From Candidatus Obscuribacteraceae bacterium (lineage in GTDB: Bacteria; Cyanobacteriota; Vampirovibrionia; Obscuribacterales; Obscuribacteraceae), in NCBI GenBank assembly GCA_044229845.1, contig JBGASG010000006.1:160001-224000 (forward strand): a DNA stretch of 64,000 bases. Reading direction: 5' to 3'. The position numbers and the translations under genes are program-made. Below are positions 19,448 through 30,271 of this stretch, piece after piece (the first letter of the stretch is position 1; each line of letters starts with the position of its first letter). A model generated the notes under the pieces. The model was not told where the DNA came from, did no database searches, and worked only from the letters and a program-made list of their open reading frames with translations.

Positions 19448-20362
19448 ATGTCAACCGCCTATAAAGAGATTCACGAGTACATTGCTCTTCTCGATCGGGA
19501 AAAGATATTTGGTTCTGTCGAGTTGCAACGATTAGGAACACCGGCGCAAATCTCGCGCGTCTGCAAAAGACTCGAACAGAACAAACAGATCATTCGCCTG
19601 GCGTACGGTCTGTATATAAAAGGATCCCCGGACGACACACTACTGCCCGACGCGCTTGAAATCGCCTGTGCTAAAGCCGAGATCCACCAGTCGTTCGTTG
19701 TTGGATACCGCAACCAATTATGGCGACACTCCGACATGCCTGAAAGCTCCGACTGCCACCACTTTCTCTCCTTGGGTTACTCCTGTCTCTTCCAATCGGT
19801 ACAGGGGCAAATTGCTTTGCACGGCATCAGTACTTCCCGACTGACCCTATGGAACCATGGGCAAATCGAAGCAGCCCGGGCCACCGGAAGTTCCAAAGCG
19901 TTTCTTGAAATGACCAACGGTAAGTTGATTGGAATTCCAGCACATCGAGCTGTGAAGTTGTACGGCAAGGATCTCGACTACAACTACATCCCGGGTGAAG
20001 GTCAGTACGAAGACTACGATGATGACGCGGGAATAGATAGCTCCGAAGACTATGATGAATTCGACGAGGTCCCTGAGGATTTTCAGGACTACGAGGAGAA
20101 GGCACACTTCGCAGCAATGCGCGCCGAGGAACTCGCCAAGGAAAACCAAGCCATCGAGGAAACGCTGCTCGACTTCGCGCCCGACCATGATGAGCCGGTG
20201 CCCCCAACCACATCAACAGCACCATTAACGGTGGCAAGTGCGGATGGCGAGGAGCGGCAGCGGCGATCCAATTTCTACATCGATCCCGAAGAAGAAGACG
20301 TGCTTGCTTGCAACAATGCAGGCGCCGTCATTCGCAAAACCGTCCTGCGCATTTATCACTGA
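19448..20362 (+). CDS. DUF6088/AbiEi-N-like winged-helix protein with acidic C-terminal tail
   Basis: KIFGSVEL..LGT..QISRVCKRL....IIRLAYGLY motif; GGAGG RBS; D/E-rich C-terminal half. Confidence 0.55.
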   Translation: MSTAYKEIHEYIALLDREKIFGSVELQRLGTPAQISRVCKRLEQNKQIIRLAYGLYIKGSPDDTLLPDALEIACAKAEIHQSFVVGYRNQLWRHSDMPESSDCHHFLSLGYSCLFQSVQGQIALHGISTSRLTLWNHGQIEAARATGSSKAFLEMTNGKLIGIPAHRAVKLYGKDLDYNYIPGEGQYEDYDDDAGIDSSEDYDEFDEVPEDFQDYEEKAHFAAMRAEELAKENQAIEETLLDFAPDHDEPVPPTTSTAPLTVASADGEERQRRSNFYIDPEEEDVLACNNAGAVIRKTVLRIYH

Positions 20363-20406
20363 CCAGGACTGACCCGGAGCGGTGCTGGACACCGCAGGCA
20401 ATAGCG

Positions 20407-20440
20407 AAAACGACCCACTGCCGAAACAGTGGGTCGTTCT
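20407..20440. terminator. intrinsic terminator between convergent genes
   Basis: aaaacgacccactg-ccgaaa-cagtgggtcgttct. Confidence 0.75.
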
Positions 20441-20460
20441 GACGATTTGATTTTCGCGCC

Positions 20461-21564
20461 TTAGCGGGTCCAGGAATAGACCGGAACCGTCAGGTACGAG
20501 AGAACCTTCTCGGCCATCTTCTCGGTGTTGACCAGTTTGTCACCGTGACGATAGATGTCGTTAGTGCGATAGCCGGCGTTCAACGTCTGGTAGACGGCGT
20601 TTTCGATTGCTGCTGCTTCTTCTTGCATATTGAATGAGTGGCGCAGCATCAATGCCACCGAAAGGATCTGACCGATCGGGTTGGCAACGCCCCGGCCGGC
20701 GATATCCTGGGCGGAACCGCCTGGCGGCTCGAACAATCCGAAATTATCTATGTTCAAGCTGGCGGAAGCCAACAAGCCCAGTGATCCCACTAATACCGCG
20801 GCTTCATCGGTAAGGATGTCGCCGAACATGTTAGGCATGACCACCACATCGAATTGAGACGGATCGCGCATCAATTGCATCGCGCAGTTATCGACCAGGA
20901 TCTCTTCCAGATGAACGGTCGGATATTCCTCAGCCACTTCGCGCACCACGGTGCGCCACAGGCGCGACGCCTCGAGCACGTTGGCTTTGTCAACGGATGT
21001 GACCAACCGATTGCGATCGAGCGCGGCACGGAACGCCGTGTGCGCGACCGCCTTGATTTGATTTTCGTCGTAGCGCGAGAGGTCGGATGCGTAGCGCACA
21101 CCGTTTTCTTTGCCTGACTTCTTCTCGCCGAAGTAAGCATCGCCGAGCAATTCTCTTATGAAGAGGATATCGATTCCCTTGCCGGTGATCTCCTCACGCA
21201 GCGGACACATGTTGCGCAGCTTGGGATGCACCTTGATCGGGCGCAGGTTGGCGTAGAAACCAAACATTTTGCGCAACGCGAGAATCGAATTGGCTTCGCA
21301 GCCTTTCCATTTTTCTTTGTGCTGTTCCGAAACCGGTCCGCCGACGGAGCCAAACAAAATGGCATCGCTGTTATGGCAGAGTTCTACCGTTTCGTCGGGA
21401 AGATGCTCGCCGTAGCGATCGTAGGCTTCCCCGCCCACATATCCGTAGCGAGTTTCAAAGCTATGACCGAACGCCTCACCTACCATATGAAGTACGCGCA
21501 CGGCTTGATTCATCACTTCCGGACCGATGCCGTCTCCCGGCAAAACTGCGACTTTCTTACGCAT
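20461..21564 (-). CDS. leuB: 3-isopropylmalate dehydrogenase
   Basis: LPGDGIGPEV, SVDKANVL, NMFGDILTDE, FEPPGGSAQDIAG. Confidence 0.95.
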   Translation of the reverse strand: MRKKVAVLPGDGIGPEVMNQAVRVLHMVGEAFGHSFETRYGYVGGEAYDRYGEHLPDETVELCHNSDAILFGSVGGPVSEQHKEKWKGCEANSILALRKMFGFYANLRPIKVHPKLRNMCPLREEITGKGIDILFIRELLGDAYFGEKKSGKENGVRYASDLSRYDENQIKAVAHTAFRAALDRNRLVTSVDKANVLEASRLWRTVVREVAEEYPTVHLEEILVDNCAMQLMRDPSQFDVVVMPNMFGDILTDEAAVLVGSLGLLASASLNIDNFGLFEPPGGSAQDIAGRGVANPIGQILSVALMLRHSFNMQEEAAAIENAVYQTLNAGYRTNDIYRHGDKLVNTEKMAEKVLSYLTVPVYSWTR

Positions 21565-21581
21565 GATTGTGCTTTTCCTTT

Positions 21582-22172
21582 CTATTTGTGTGATGCGACG
21601 GCCGTTTGCTGCCGTTGTCTGAATTTTTCGATCGTCTGGCGATGCGAGAGGATGTAATCGATATCGTCGTGACCATTGAGCAAGCAGTGCTTACGAAACG
21701 GGTCGTAATTAAATTCAACTGTCGAGTTGTCGGGGAATCGCACTTCTTGTTTTTCAAGGTCAACAGCAAGGGTGTAGTTTTCTGTTTGTGCGTGACGAAG
21801 AATTTCATCCACGGTTGATTCGGGAAGCGTCACAAGCAACAAACCATTTTTGGCGCTGTTGTTGTAGAAAATGTCCGCGAAGGACTTGGCGACGATCACC
21901 CTTATTCCCGCGTCATATAAAGCCCAAACGGCATGTTCTCTTGACGACCCGCACCCAAAATTGCTGTCGGTGACGAGAATCTGCGCCCCGGCGTACTCCG
22001 GTTTATTAAACGGAAAGTTTGCATCCGCTTCACGCAGTCGCTTGAACAGATGTTGACCAAACCCTTCCCGGCTAATGCTGGTCAAATACTGCGCCGGAAT
22101 AATCAAATCTGTATCCACATCCTTCATGGGCAGTGGTATCACTTTCGACGTTACTTTTTGGACTTTTTCCAT
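21582..22172 (-). CDS. leuD: 3-isopropylmalate dehydratase small subunit
   Basis: DVDTDLIIPAQYL, NFGCGSSREHA, SFADIFYNN. Confidence 0.95.
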   Translation of the reverse strand: MEKVQKVTSKVIPLPMKDVDTDLIIPAQYLTSISREGFGQHLFKRLREADANFPFNKPEYAGAQILVTDSNFGCGSSREHAVWALYDAGIRVIVAKSFADIFYNNSAKNGLLLVTLPESTVDEILRHAQTENYTLAVDLEKQEVRFPDNSTVEFNYDPFRKHCLLNGHDDIDYILSHRQTIEKFRQRQQTAVASHK

Positions 22173-22207
22173 TTTCCTTGTCCTGATTTTGCGTTGATTC
22201 GTTTGGC

Positions 22208-22273
22208 GGAGTTAAAGCGATATCGGTTTAGTTTTTCTGGGCTCTCTGAGTTGGAGCGATATCGGTTTAGTTT
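22208..22273. repeat. GCGATATCG palindromic repeat, 2 copies between leuC and leuD
   Basis: gagttaaagcgatatcggtttagtt and gagttggagcgatatcggtttagtt. Confidence 0.8.
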
Positions 22274-22285
22274 TGGGGAACTTTG

Positions 22286-23737
22286 CTAGGCGAAGTATTT
22301 TTCGGGTGAGGTTACGAAACCAGCCAGTGCGCTGGCTGCCACCGTTGCCGGCGACGCCAGGTGCGTAATGCTGCCTGGTCCCTGGCGACCGACGAAGTTT
22401 CTATTGGATGAGCTGATGCAGCGCTTGCCCTCCGGAACCTTGTCATCGTTCATCGCCAGGCACAACGAGCAACCCGGCATGCGGAATTGAGCACCGGCGG
22501 CAAGAAACACTTCGTGCAGCCCCTCTTTAATCGCCTGAGCGCGAACGGCTTCGGAACCGGGAACCACATATAGTGTCACGCGCGGATTGATCTGCTTGCC
22601 GCGCAGCACATCGGCGGCGACCCGCAAATCTTCGATGCGGCCGTTGGTGCAGGAGCCGACGAATGCCCAATCAACTTCTACGCCTTCCATTGGCTGGTTC
22701 TCCGAGAGGCGCGTATATTGGCGGGCACGCTGAGCCAGTGGACGCTGGGATTCCGGCATGCCGGCATCGGCTGGAACGCTTTCGTGTATGCCGACACCCT
22801 GTCCAGGATTGGTGCCCCAGGTGACCATCGGACGCAACGCATCCAGGTCGACCACAACTTCTTCGTCGTACGAGCATTCGGCGTCGGATGCGAAAGACTT
22901 CCAGTAAACCAGTTTGGCGTCGAAGTCTTCAACGCGTTTCTGCAAGTAATTGAAAGTAGTTTCGTCCGGAGAGATCAAACCGGCTCGGGCACCACATTCG
23001 ATGCTCATGTTGCAGACAGTCATGCGCTCTTCCATGGTCATTTTGCGCACGGCGTCACCGGTGTACTCGATGACAAAGCCGGTGGCACCACCTACACCGA
23101 TCTGCGCGATCAGTTTCAGGATGGCATCTTTAGCAAACACACCTTTGCGGAAACCGCCTTGGAATTGCACGCGCATCGTCTTCGGTTTCTGCTGCAAGAG
23201 GCAGCTGGTCGCCATAACGTGCGCCACTTCGGAAGTGCCGACGCCGAACGCCAGGCAACCGAACGCGCCGTGTGTCGATGTATGCGAATCGCCGCAGACG
23301 ATGGTCATGCCGGGTTGAGTCAGACCCAGTTCCGGACCGGTGACGTGCACGATCCCCTGCTGTCCGCTGTCGAAATCGAGGATGCGAACGCCGTGGCGCC
23401 GGCAATTCTCGCGCAGCGCATTGACTTGATCGCGCGCCGCTTCATCGAAGATTTCCCAGCGGTTGTCGCGCGTCGGAATGCTGTGATCGATAGTGGCGAC
23501 CAGTCGTTTCGGGTCAGCGATTTTCAGCCCGCGCGCTTCGATCTCTTGGAACGCTTGCGCCGAAGTCACCTCATGCAAAAGCATCAGGTCAATGGCGAAG
23601 ACAGCGGGGTGCCCGTCCAGTTGTTCGACAACGTGGCTGTCCCAAATTTTCTGCACGATGTTGCGGGCGGTGGCAGATGACTTTGCATCTTTGCCTGAGT
23701 TCTTGTTTGCATCTTTTACAGCGGTACCGGTCGTCAT
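22286..23737 (-). CDS. leuC: 3-isopropylmalate dehydratase large subunit
   Basis: HEVTSAQAF, CGDSHTSTHGAFG, GSCTNGRIEDL, PGCSLCLAMN, SNRNFVGRQG. ATG at 23737 follows GGAGG and overlaps the upstream TGA. Confidence 0.95.
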   Translation of the reverse strand: MTTGTAVKDANKNSGKDAKSSATARNIVQKIWDSHVVEQLDGHPAVFAIDLMLLHEVTSAQAFQEIEARGLKIADPKRLVATIDHSIPTRDNRWEIFDEAARDQVNALRENCRRHGVRILDFDSGQQGIVHVTGPELGLTQPGMTIVCGDSHTSTHGAFGCLAFGVGTSEVAHVMATSCLLQQKPKTMRVQFQGGFRKGVFAKDAILKLIAQIGVGGATGFVIEYTGDAVRKMTMEERMTVCNMSIECGARAGLISPDETTFNYLQKRVEDFDAKLVYWKSFASDAECSYDEEVVVDLDALRPMVTWGTNPGQGVGIHESVPADAGMPESQRPLAQRARQYTRLSENQPMEGVEVDWAFVGSCTNGRIEDLRVAADVLRGKQINPRVTLYVVPGSEAVRAQAIKEGLHEVFLAAGAQFRMPGCSLCLAMNDDKVPEGKRCISSSNRNFVGRQGPGSITHLASPATVAASALAGFVTSPEKYFA

Positions 23738-23976
23738 GCCACCACCTCCTGGGCGCTTGTGTTGCTGATCATTGAATCGCATCCGATCACCGGATTGCAT
23801 CCCATTCCCGGATCGCGTTTCTCGGCGTCGTTCGCCCGACTGCGCAGGATGAAGAGTTCCAGACTGTCCGCCAGCGCCTGATAGCTGGCATCGATGATAT
23901 TCGGCGAGCAACCGACGGTCGCCCAGCGTTCATCGCCGTGCGCTGCTTCCACAAACACGCGCGTCGTGGCTTCAGT
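23734..23976 (-). pseudogene. cimA: out-of-frame C-terminal fragment of citramalate synthase
   Basis: TEATTRVFVEAAHG..RWATVGCSPNIIDASYQALADSLE is the conserved end of the CimA regulatory domain. Confidence 0.8.
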
Positions 23977-25283
23977 CAGATGACATTGCCGACGCGCACC
24001 TTCACCACCGCTTCGGCACTCATGCCGAGCGGTTCGCGATGCGAAACGACCACCATCATGTCCACCAGTTCGAACGGACGGCTGTAGTCGGGATCGGTAC
24101 GGCGCACCATCAGTTCGACAGTGCCTTCGGCTCCCTCGAACTGATAACCCTTCTCTTCCATCTGCTTGATGTTGCGCAGCACGTCTTGCTCGCGACCGTT
24201 GGTGGAAACGCCGGCTTGCGAGGCGTGCATGCGGATGTTGCCGCGACCGGAAAGTTCCGACACGACAATTTGACGCGCGTTGCCCACCGATTCCGGATCA
24301 ACGTGTTCGTAGCTGCTGGTGACTTTTTCGACGGCCGCCACATGCAACCCGGCTTTGTGGGCGAAGGCTGAAGCGCCCACATATGGTGCATGCGGATCCG
24401 GACTGAGATTGGCCACTTCGGCGACGGTGCGCGAGAGTTCCGTCAGTCCCGCCAAATTTTGTTGGGGGACGCAGTGGAAGCCCAGTTTCATTTGCAACGA
24501 AGGCACCAATGAAACCAGGTTGGCATTGCCGCAGCGCTCGCCGTATCCGTTGATGGTGCCCTGCACCTGGCGGGCGCCGGCTTGCACCGCAGCGATTGAA
24601 TTGGCAACCGCGACTTCTGCGTCGTTGTGGCAGTGGATGCCGATGTTGGGAGTGACTTCCGCGACCATGCGCGACACGACATCATAAACGGTGCCCGGCA
24701 AAGTGCCGCCGTTGGTATCGCAGAGCACCACCCAGTCGGCACCGGCTTCCGCAGCGGTGCGCACACACTCCATTGTGTAGGCGGCGTTCTGTGCGTAGCC
24801 GTCGAAAAAGTGCTCGGCATCGAAGATCACTTCCAGCCCTTTGCTCTTGAGAAACGAAACGCTGTCTTTGATCAGGCGCAGATTCTCCTCGGCGGTTGTT
24901 TGCAGCACGTGTTCCACATGAAACAGCGATGACTTGCCGACGATGGTGACGACTTCGGTGCGGGCTTCTAAGATAGCTTGCAGGTTGGCATCGTCTTCCG
25001 GTCTGGAGCCGACGCGACAGGTGGAACCGAATGCGGCCACTTTCGAATTGCGCAGACCCAACTGGCGCACCCGCCGGAAGAACTCCATATCTTTGGGGTT
25101 GGAACCGGGCCAGCCGCCCTCTATATAACTGACGCCGAAGCTGTCCAACAAGCGCGCGATCTTGAGTTTATCCTCCAGTGAGAAACTCAGACCTTTGCGC
25201 TGCGAACCGTCGCGCAGCGTCGTGTCATACAGATGCACGGGCGAGTGCGGGCTCTGTTTGTGCATCGTTGTGACTGTAGACAT
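23976..25283 (-). CDS. cimA: citramalate synthase, truncated within the regulatory domain
   Basis: YDTTLRDGSQ, IEGGWPGSNPKD, FDAEHFFDG, HCHND, FAHKAGLH, GYQFEGAE; premature stop after VKVRVGNVI. Confidence 0.88.
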   Translation of the reverse strand: MSTVTTMHKQSPHSPVHLYDTTLRDGSQRKGLSFSLEDKLKIARLLDSFGVSYIEGGWPGSNPKDMEFFRRVRQLGLRNSKVAAFGSTCRVGSRPEDDANLQAILEARTEVVTIVGKSSLFHVEHVLQTTAEENLRLIKDSVSFLKSKGLEVIFDAEHFFDGYAQNAAYTMECVRTAAEAGADWVVLCDTNGGTLPGTVYDVVSRMVAEVTPNIGIHCHNDAEVAVANSIAAVQAGARQVQGTINGYGERCGNANLVSLVPSLQMKLGFHCVPQQNLAGLTELSRTVAEVANLSPDPHAPYVGASAFAHKAGLHVAAVEKVTSSYEHVDPESVGNARQIVVSELSGRGNIRMHASQAGVSTNGREQDVLRNIKQMEEKGYQFEGAEGTVELMVRRTDPDYSRPFELVDMMVVVSHREPLGMSAEAVVKVRVGNVI

Positions 25284-25530
25284 GGGCGATTGTTGCCTCC
25301 ATTTGGCTCAAGGTTACGCTTTTGACGTCGCAGAGTTTGCTCAGATGTTTGACCATTTGCTCGATAGATCTGGTGCCTTCGACGATAATTCGAGCTTTGA
25401 TAGATGTGTGATCCGGCGACCGGCCGGCGGACATATTGCAGAGGGTAAAACTGCGCTGGCGCAGCCGCCCGAGCACTCGCTCCAGCGCGCCTTCGGTATT
25501 AGCGATCGTGAAGTCGAGAACGAATCTCAT
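25225..25530 (-). CDS. ilvM: acetolactate synthase regulatory subunit (IlvM-type ACT domain)
   Basis: EGALERVLG..RQRSF...LSKLCDV; ATGA overlap with the large subunit gene. Confidence 0.8.
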   Translation of the reverse strand: MRFVLDFTIANTEGALERVLGRLRQRSFTLCNMSAGRSPDHTSIKARIIVEGTRSIEQMVKHLSKLCDVKSVTLSQMEATIAHVYSHNDAQTEPALARASV

Positions 25531-27200
25531 GCCGTGGCCTCCATCATTTGTGAATTGCTCTTGCCTGGCGGCACCAGCGGCCAGACGTTTTCTTTAGAGT
25601 CTATTTGTGCGTGCACGAAGAGCGGTCCTTCGGTGTTCAGGACGGCATCGACCGCGGCGCTGACCTGCTCGCGCTTGTCGATGTACATTGCCGGTATGCC
25701 GCATGCTTGCGCCAGACCGCAGAAATTCGGGTTATCGGATAGGTCGACTTCGCTGTAGCGTTCGGCGAAGAAAAGTTCTTGCCACTGCCGCACCATGCCC
25801 AACACTTTATTGTCGAAAAGAACGATCTTCACGGGCAAGTTGTAGCGCTTGATGGTCGCCAGTTCCTGTATGTTCATCATGATCGAACCATCGCCGGTGA
25901 CACAAACGACACGGCTGTCGGGAAACGCAAACTGCGCACCGACGGCTGCCGGTATGCCGAAGCCCATGGTGCCCAGACCGCCTGAGGTCAAATGCTGATG
26001 CGGGCGATTGAAACCGAAGTGCTGAGCCACCCACATCTGGTGCTGACCGACATCGCAGCTGACATAAGTATTAGCGTCGGCGCGATCGGACAGTTCCTTC
26101 AGAAACGCCGGCGCGAAGATACCTTCGCCCGGCGCGTCGTATTTCCATGCGTAGGTTTCTTTATTTTGTTGACAATGCTCTTTCCATTCTTCGATGACAG
26201 CCGGTGTCACCAGCAAGTTGGACAGCGCATGCTTGATGTCGCCGGCAATCGGGCACTGGACGGTGCGCAATTTGCCGATCTCGGCGGCGTCGATGTCCAT
26301 GTGGATAACGGCGGCGTGGGGAGCGAACTCGCGCAGTTTTCCGGTAACACGATCATCGAAGCGAGCGCCGATGGCGATCAACAAGTCACATTCTTGTACG
26401 GCATAATTGGCGGTCTTGGTTCCGTGCATGCCCAGCATGCCCAGAAACTGCGGATGACTGGCCGGGATTGCACCCAGTCCCTGCAAGGTGGTGACAACCG
26501 GTATGCCGGTGGTCTCAACAAATTGCTGGAACTCGCGCATAACGTTCGCGATTCTGATGCCGCCGCCGGCGTAGATCAAAGGCTTGCGGCTGGCGCGCAT
26601 CATCTGGCGAGCGCGCTCCAGAGTTTTCTCGGAAGCCTTGTCTTGCTCTTCAAATTCCGCTGTCGGGAAATCGGTTTCGGAGTCGCTGTCGGGATCGATT
26701 TCCACTTCGCAGGTGGTCATGTCCTTCGGCAAATCGATCAGGACAGGACCCGGGCGACCGGACTGCGCGACGGTGAAAGCCTCGGCGACAATCGCCGGCA
26801 ATTCGGATGCCTTGCGAACAATGTAGCTGTGTTTGACGACCGGCATGGTGATGCCGTAGATGTCGACTTCCTGGAACGCATCGGTTCCCATCATCGCGGT
26901 CGGCACTTGTCCAGTGACGGCGACCATCGGAACTGAATCCAGAAACGCATTGGCGATACCGGTGACTAAATTGGTGGCACCGGGACCGGAGGTGGCGAAA
27001 CAGACACCGACTTTGCCGCTGGCGCGGGCATAGCCGTCGGCTGCCAGAGCTGCTGCTTGCTCGTGACGCACCAGAACGTGTTTCAGTTTCGAACCGATCA
27101 ATGCATCGTATACAGGCATGATGGCACCGCCGGGGTAACCGAACACGGTGTCCACCCCTTGTTTCTCCAGTGCTTTGATCAGAACTTCAGCGCCCTTCAT
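25527..27200 (-). CDS. ilvG: acetolactate synthase large subunit (IlvG/IlvB)
   Basis: FGYPGGAIMP, RHEQ, TSGPGATN, DVGQHQMW, GDGSIMMN, GMVRQWQ. Confidence 0.92.
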   Translation of the reverse strand: MKGAEVLIKALEKQGVDTVFGYPGGAIMPVYDALIGSKLKHVLVRHEQAAALAADGYARASGKVGVCFATSGPGATNLVTGIANAFLDSVPMVAVTGQVPTAMMGTDAFQEVDIYGITMPVVKHSYIVRKASELPAIVAEAFTVAQSGRPGPVLIDLPKDMTTCEVEIDPDSDSETDFPTAEFEEQDKASEKTLERARQMMRASRKPLIYAGGGIRIANVMREFQQFVETTGIPVVTTLQGLGAIPASHPQFLGMLGMHGTKTANYAVQECDLLIAIGARFDDRVTGKLREFAPHAAVIHMDIDAAEIGKLRTVQCPIAGDIKHALSNLLVTPAVIEEWKEHCQQNKETYAWKYDAPGEGIFAPAFLKELSDRADANTYVSCDVGQHQMWVAQHFGFNRPHQHLTSGGLGTMGFGIPAAVGAQFAFPDSRVVCVTGDGSIMMNIQELATIKRYNLPVKIVLFDNKVLGMVRQWQELFFAERYSEVDLSDNPNFCGLAQACGIPAMYIDKREQVSAAVDAVLNTEGPLFVHAQIDSKENVWPLVPPGKSNSQMMEATA

Positions 27201-27220
27201 GTTTCCTGCCTGCTGTACTT

Positions 27221-27277
27221 GTTGCTTGCGTTGTCTGCGTTGCTTGCGTTGTCTGCGTTGCTTGCGTTGTCTGCGTT
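27221..27277. repeat. 18-bp tandem repeat x3
   Basis: (gttgcttgcgttgtctgc)x3 between ilvC and ilvG. Confidence 0.85.
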
Positions 27278-27349
27278 ACTTTGGTGCGGGTTCTCCGGGA
27301 AGCCGGCAGGAGGATTGAGATGCCGGCGTTCCCAGAGATGTCTTCAGAA

Positions 27350-28447
27350 CTACGTCTTGCTGCCTACAGGCTGACGTGTTTCTTGTTCTTGTTGTTGTTT
27401 GTCGCACTGTTGTTGAGCGCCTTGCTGTTGCTTGGCTTGCTGGCACTGAGCACCAGTGTTGAGCCATGCCATGTTGGCGCGCAGTTTCTTGCCGACTTCT
27501 TCGACCGGGTGTTCGAGGTCTTTCTTGAGCAACGCATCGTAGTTTTTGCGACCGCTCTTGTACTCTTCGACCCACTCTTTGGCGAACTGGCCGCTTTGAA
27601 TTTCTTCGAGCACCTTTTTCATTTCGCCGCGCGTGCGTTCATCGACAATCCGCGGTCCGCGGGTGAGGTCACCGTATTTGGCTGTCTCCGACACGAACTC
27701 GTGCATCTTGGCGAAACCGCCTTCGTAAATTAGGTCGACGATCAGCTTCACTTCATGCAAACACTCGAAGTATGCAACTTCCGGCTGATAGCCGGCGGCA
27801 ACGAGAGTTTCCCAACCAGCGGCAATCAGCTCGGTGACGCCACCGCAAAGAACGGCTTGTTCGCCGAAGAGATCGGTTTCGGTTTCTTCCGCAAAGGTTG
27901 TCTCGATGACCGCGGCGCGTGCGCCACCAACGCCGTGCGCGTAGCCGTACGCAACTTTCCAGGCGTTGCCGGTGGCATCTTGATGGACAGCGGCCACGCA
28001 AGGCACGCCACGTCCTTCTTCATACTGGCGACGCACCAGGGCGCCCGGTCCTTTGGGGGCGACCAGAGCTACGTCTACGTTTTCGGGCGGCGTTACTTGT
28101 TTGTAGTGGACGTTGAATCCGTGAGCAAACATTACGGTGCTGCCCGGCTTCAGGTTTGGTGCCACCGACTCGGCGTACACAGTCGGTTGATGCATGTCGG
28201 GCACCAGGAGCGCCACCACATCACTTTGTTTCACAGCTTCGGCGACCGTGAACGGCTTGAAGCCGTCGGCTTCCGCTTTCGCCCACGTCGGTCCGCCTGG
28301 ACGCAATCCGACAACGACCTGATAACCACTGTCACGCAGGTTGAGAGCGTGGGCGCGCCCCTGACTGCCGTAGCCGACCACGGCCACTTTGCGGGTTTTG
28401 AAATAATCGGCGGCTGCGTCGTACTCTTTCTGGCGCTGTCTGCTCAC
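27350..28447 (-). CDS. ilvC: ketol-acid reductoisomerase
   Basis: [41 protein letters not shown]; Gln-rich tail. Confidence 0.95.
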   Translation of the reverse strand: MSRQRQKEYDAAADYFKTRKVAVVGYGSQGRAHALNLRDSGYQVVVGLRPGGPTWAKAEADGFKPFTVAEAVKQSDVVALLVPDMHQPTVYAESVAPNLKPGSTVMFAHGFNVHYKQVTPPENVDVALVAPKGPGALVRRQYEEGRGVPCVAAVHQDATGNAWKVAYGYAHGVGGARAAVIETTFAEETETDLFGEQAVLCGGVTELIAAGWETLVAAGYQPEVAYFECLHEVKLIVDLIYEGGFAKMHEFVSETAKYGDLTRGPRIVDERTRGEMKKVLEEIQSGQFAKEWVEEYKSGRKNYDALLKKDLEHPVEEVGKKLRANMAWLNTGAQCQQAKQQQGAQQQCDKQQQEQETRQPVGSKT

Positions 28448-28517
28448 GATGTTTCTCCTCTGCGTGCTTGAGTTGCTTTTGCTGTATTGCTTGTGCTGTA
28501 TTGCTTGTGCTGCTGCG

Positions 28518-30230
28518 TCACTTCTTGGACAGGGCGGGTTGCGGGTTGGATGCCGGTTTCGCTCGCGACGGCTTAGACCCGGGCGGGAACGTCACTGCTC
28601 CTTCAGAAGCCGATGACACCAGATATGCGTACTTGGCGAACACACCGCTCTGGTAGGCGGGGTCAACCGAACGTACCGGCGCGCTGCGACCTTTTAGGTC
28701 GGCTTCGACGTTCAACGTCCGTTTCTCGACATCGATGGTGATCTTGTCGCCATCTTTGACCAAAGCAATCGGTCCGCCTTTGGCGGCTTCCGGTGCGACG
28801 TGCCCGACCACCAGTCCGTGGCTGGCGCCGGAGAAGCGACCATCGGTGATCAGGGCGACCGAGGAACCCAATCCGGCTCCCACCAATGCGCCTGTGACTT
28901 GCAGCATCTCCGGCATGCCGGGTCCGCCTTGCGGTCCCACCCATCTGATGATTACTGCATCACCAGCTTGAATGGTGCCGTCTTGTATCGCGGCGAAGGC
29001 GGCGGCTTCGGTGTCGAACACGCGCGCTTTGCCTTCGAAACCTTTAGTGGACTCGTGTCCTGACAGTTTGATCACGCAGCCTTCCGGAGCCAGGCTGCCG
29101 CGCAATATCGCCAGTCCGCCCGTGGGCTTGAACGGCTTGCCTTCGGGCGCTACGACTTTTTGCCCTTGAGTTTCTTTGTGCTGTGCGGCTTCTTGGAAGA
29201 GGGTCTTGCCGGAGACGGTCGGCGTGTCGTGCAGGAGTCCTGCTTTTTCCAGTCGGCTCGCAACCAGCGCCATGCCACCAGCGCGTTCCAGATCTGCCGC
29301 AACATAAAGCCCCCCTGGCTTGAGTGTGACGTAAACAGGTGTACGGCGGCTCAACCGATCGAAGTCATCGATCGTCAATTCGACGCCGGCTTCGCGGGCA
29401 ATCGCTAAAAGATGCAACACCGCGTTGGTTGAACCACCGGTGGTGGCAACCGAAGCGACGGCATTTTCCAGTGACTGCCGAGTGATGATATCGGCTGGCC
29501 GAACATTGTCGGCGAGCAGCTTCATCACTTGCTGACCGCAGTAAAAAGCCACCTCGGCTTTGCGTGCATCGGTGGCTGGAATATCATTGGCGCCCATGGG
29601 CGACATGCCCAGGAAGGTCATGGCGGTGGACATAGTGTTGGCTGTAAACTGTCCACCGCAAGCTCCCGCGCCGGGACAGGCGCGGTTTTCCAGGTCATTC
29701 AATTCCTCTTCTGTCATTTTGCCGGCCATGCAGGCGCCGACGGCTTCGAACACGTCTTGAACGGTGACGTCGCGTCCCTGGAACTGACCAGGTTGTATGC
29801 TGCCGCCGTACAACATCAAGGACGGCAGATTCAAACGCGTCAGCGCCATCACCGTCCCCGGTATCGTCTTGTCGCAGCCGCTCAATGCCACCACTGCATC
29901 GAAGAGGTGACCGCGGGTCGCCAGTTCAATTGAGTCGGCAATGATCTCGCGAGAAACCAGCGATGCCTTCATGGCTTCGGTGCCCATGGAGATGCCGTCG
30001 GAAACGACGACGGTGTTGAACTCCAGCGGCGTGCCGCCGGCGGAGCGGATGCCCTCTTTGACTTTCTCGGCCAATCCGCGCAAATGGAAGTTGCAGGGAC
30101 CTGCTTCCGTCCAGGTGTTGGCGACGGCGACCAGCGGTTTCGCCAGGTCTTCATCGGTCAACCCGGTCGCCTTGAGCATGGCTCTGGCTGGAGCGCGAGA
30201 TGTGCCGGATTTAATTTTGTCGCTGTTCAT
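28518..30230 (-). CDS. ilvD: dihydroxy-acid dehydratase
   Basis: [50 protein letters not shown]. Confidence 0.95.
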   Translation of the reverse strand: MNSDKIKSGTSRAPARAMLKATGLTDEDLAKPLVAVANTWTEAGPCNFHLRGLAEKVKEGIRSAGGTPLEFNTVVVSDGISMGTEAMKASLVSREIIADSIELATRGHLFDAVVALSGCDKTIPGTVMALTRLNLPSLMLYGGSIQPGQFQGRDVTVQDVFEAVGACMAGKMTEEELNDLENRACPGAGACGGQFTANTMSTAMTFLGMSPMGANDIPATDARKAEVAFYCGQQVMKLLADNVRPADIITRQSLENAVASVATTGGSTNAVLHLLAIAREAGVELTIDDFDRLSRRTPVYVTLKPGGLYVAADLERAGGMALVASRLEKAGLLHDTPTVSGKTLFQEAAQHKETQGQKVVAPEGKPFKPTGGLAILRGSLAPEGCVIKLSGHESTKGFEGKARVFDTEAAAFAAIQDGTIQAGDAVIIRWVGPQGGPGMPEMLQVTGALVGAGLGSSVALITDGRFSGASHGLVVGHVAPEAAKGGPIALVKDGDKITIDVEKRTLNVEADLKGRSAPVRSVDPAYQSGVFAKYAYLVSSASEGAVTFPPGSKPSRAKPASNPQPALSKK

Positions 30231-30271
30231 TTGGAGAGGGTTCGCTGTCTTGCTGCTTGCGCTGCGTGGTG

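Noticed and set aside
23738..23911. N-terminal extension of LeuC in the ORF track
   Set aside because: It overlaps the cimA C-terminal fragment; the ATG at 23737 has a GGAGG RBS.
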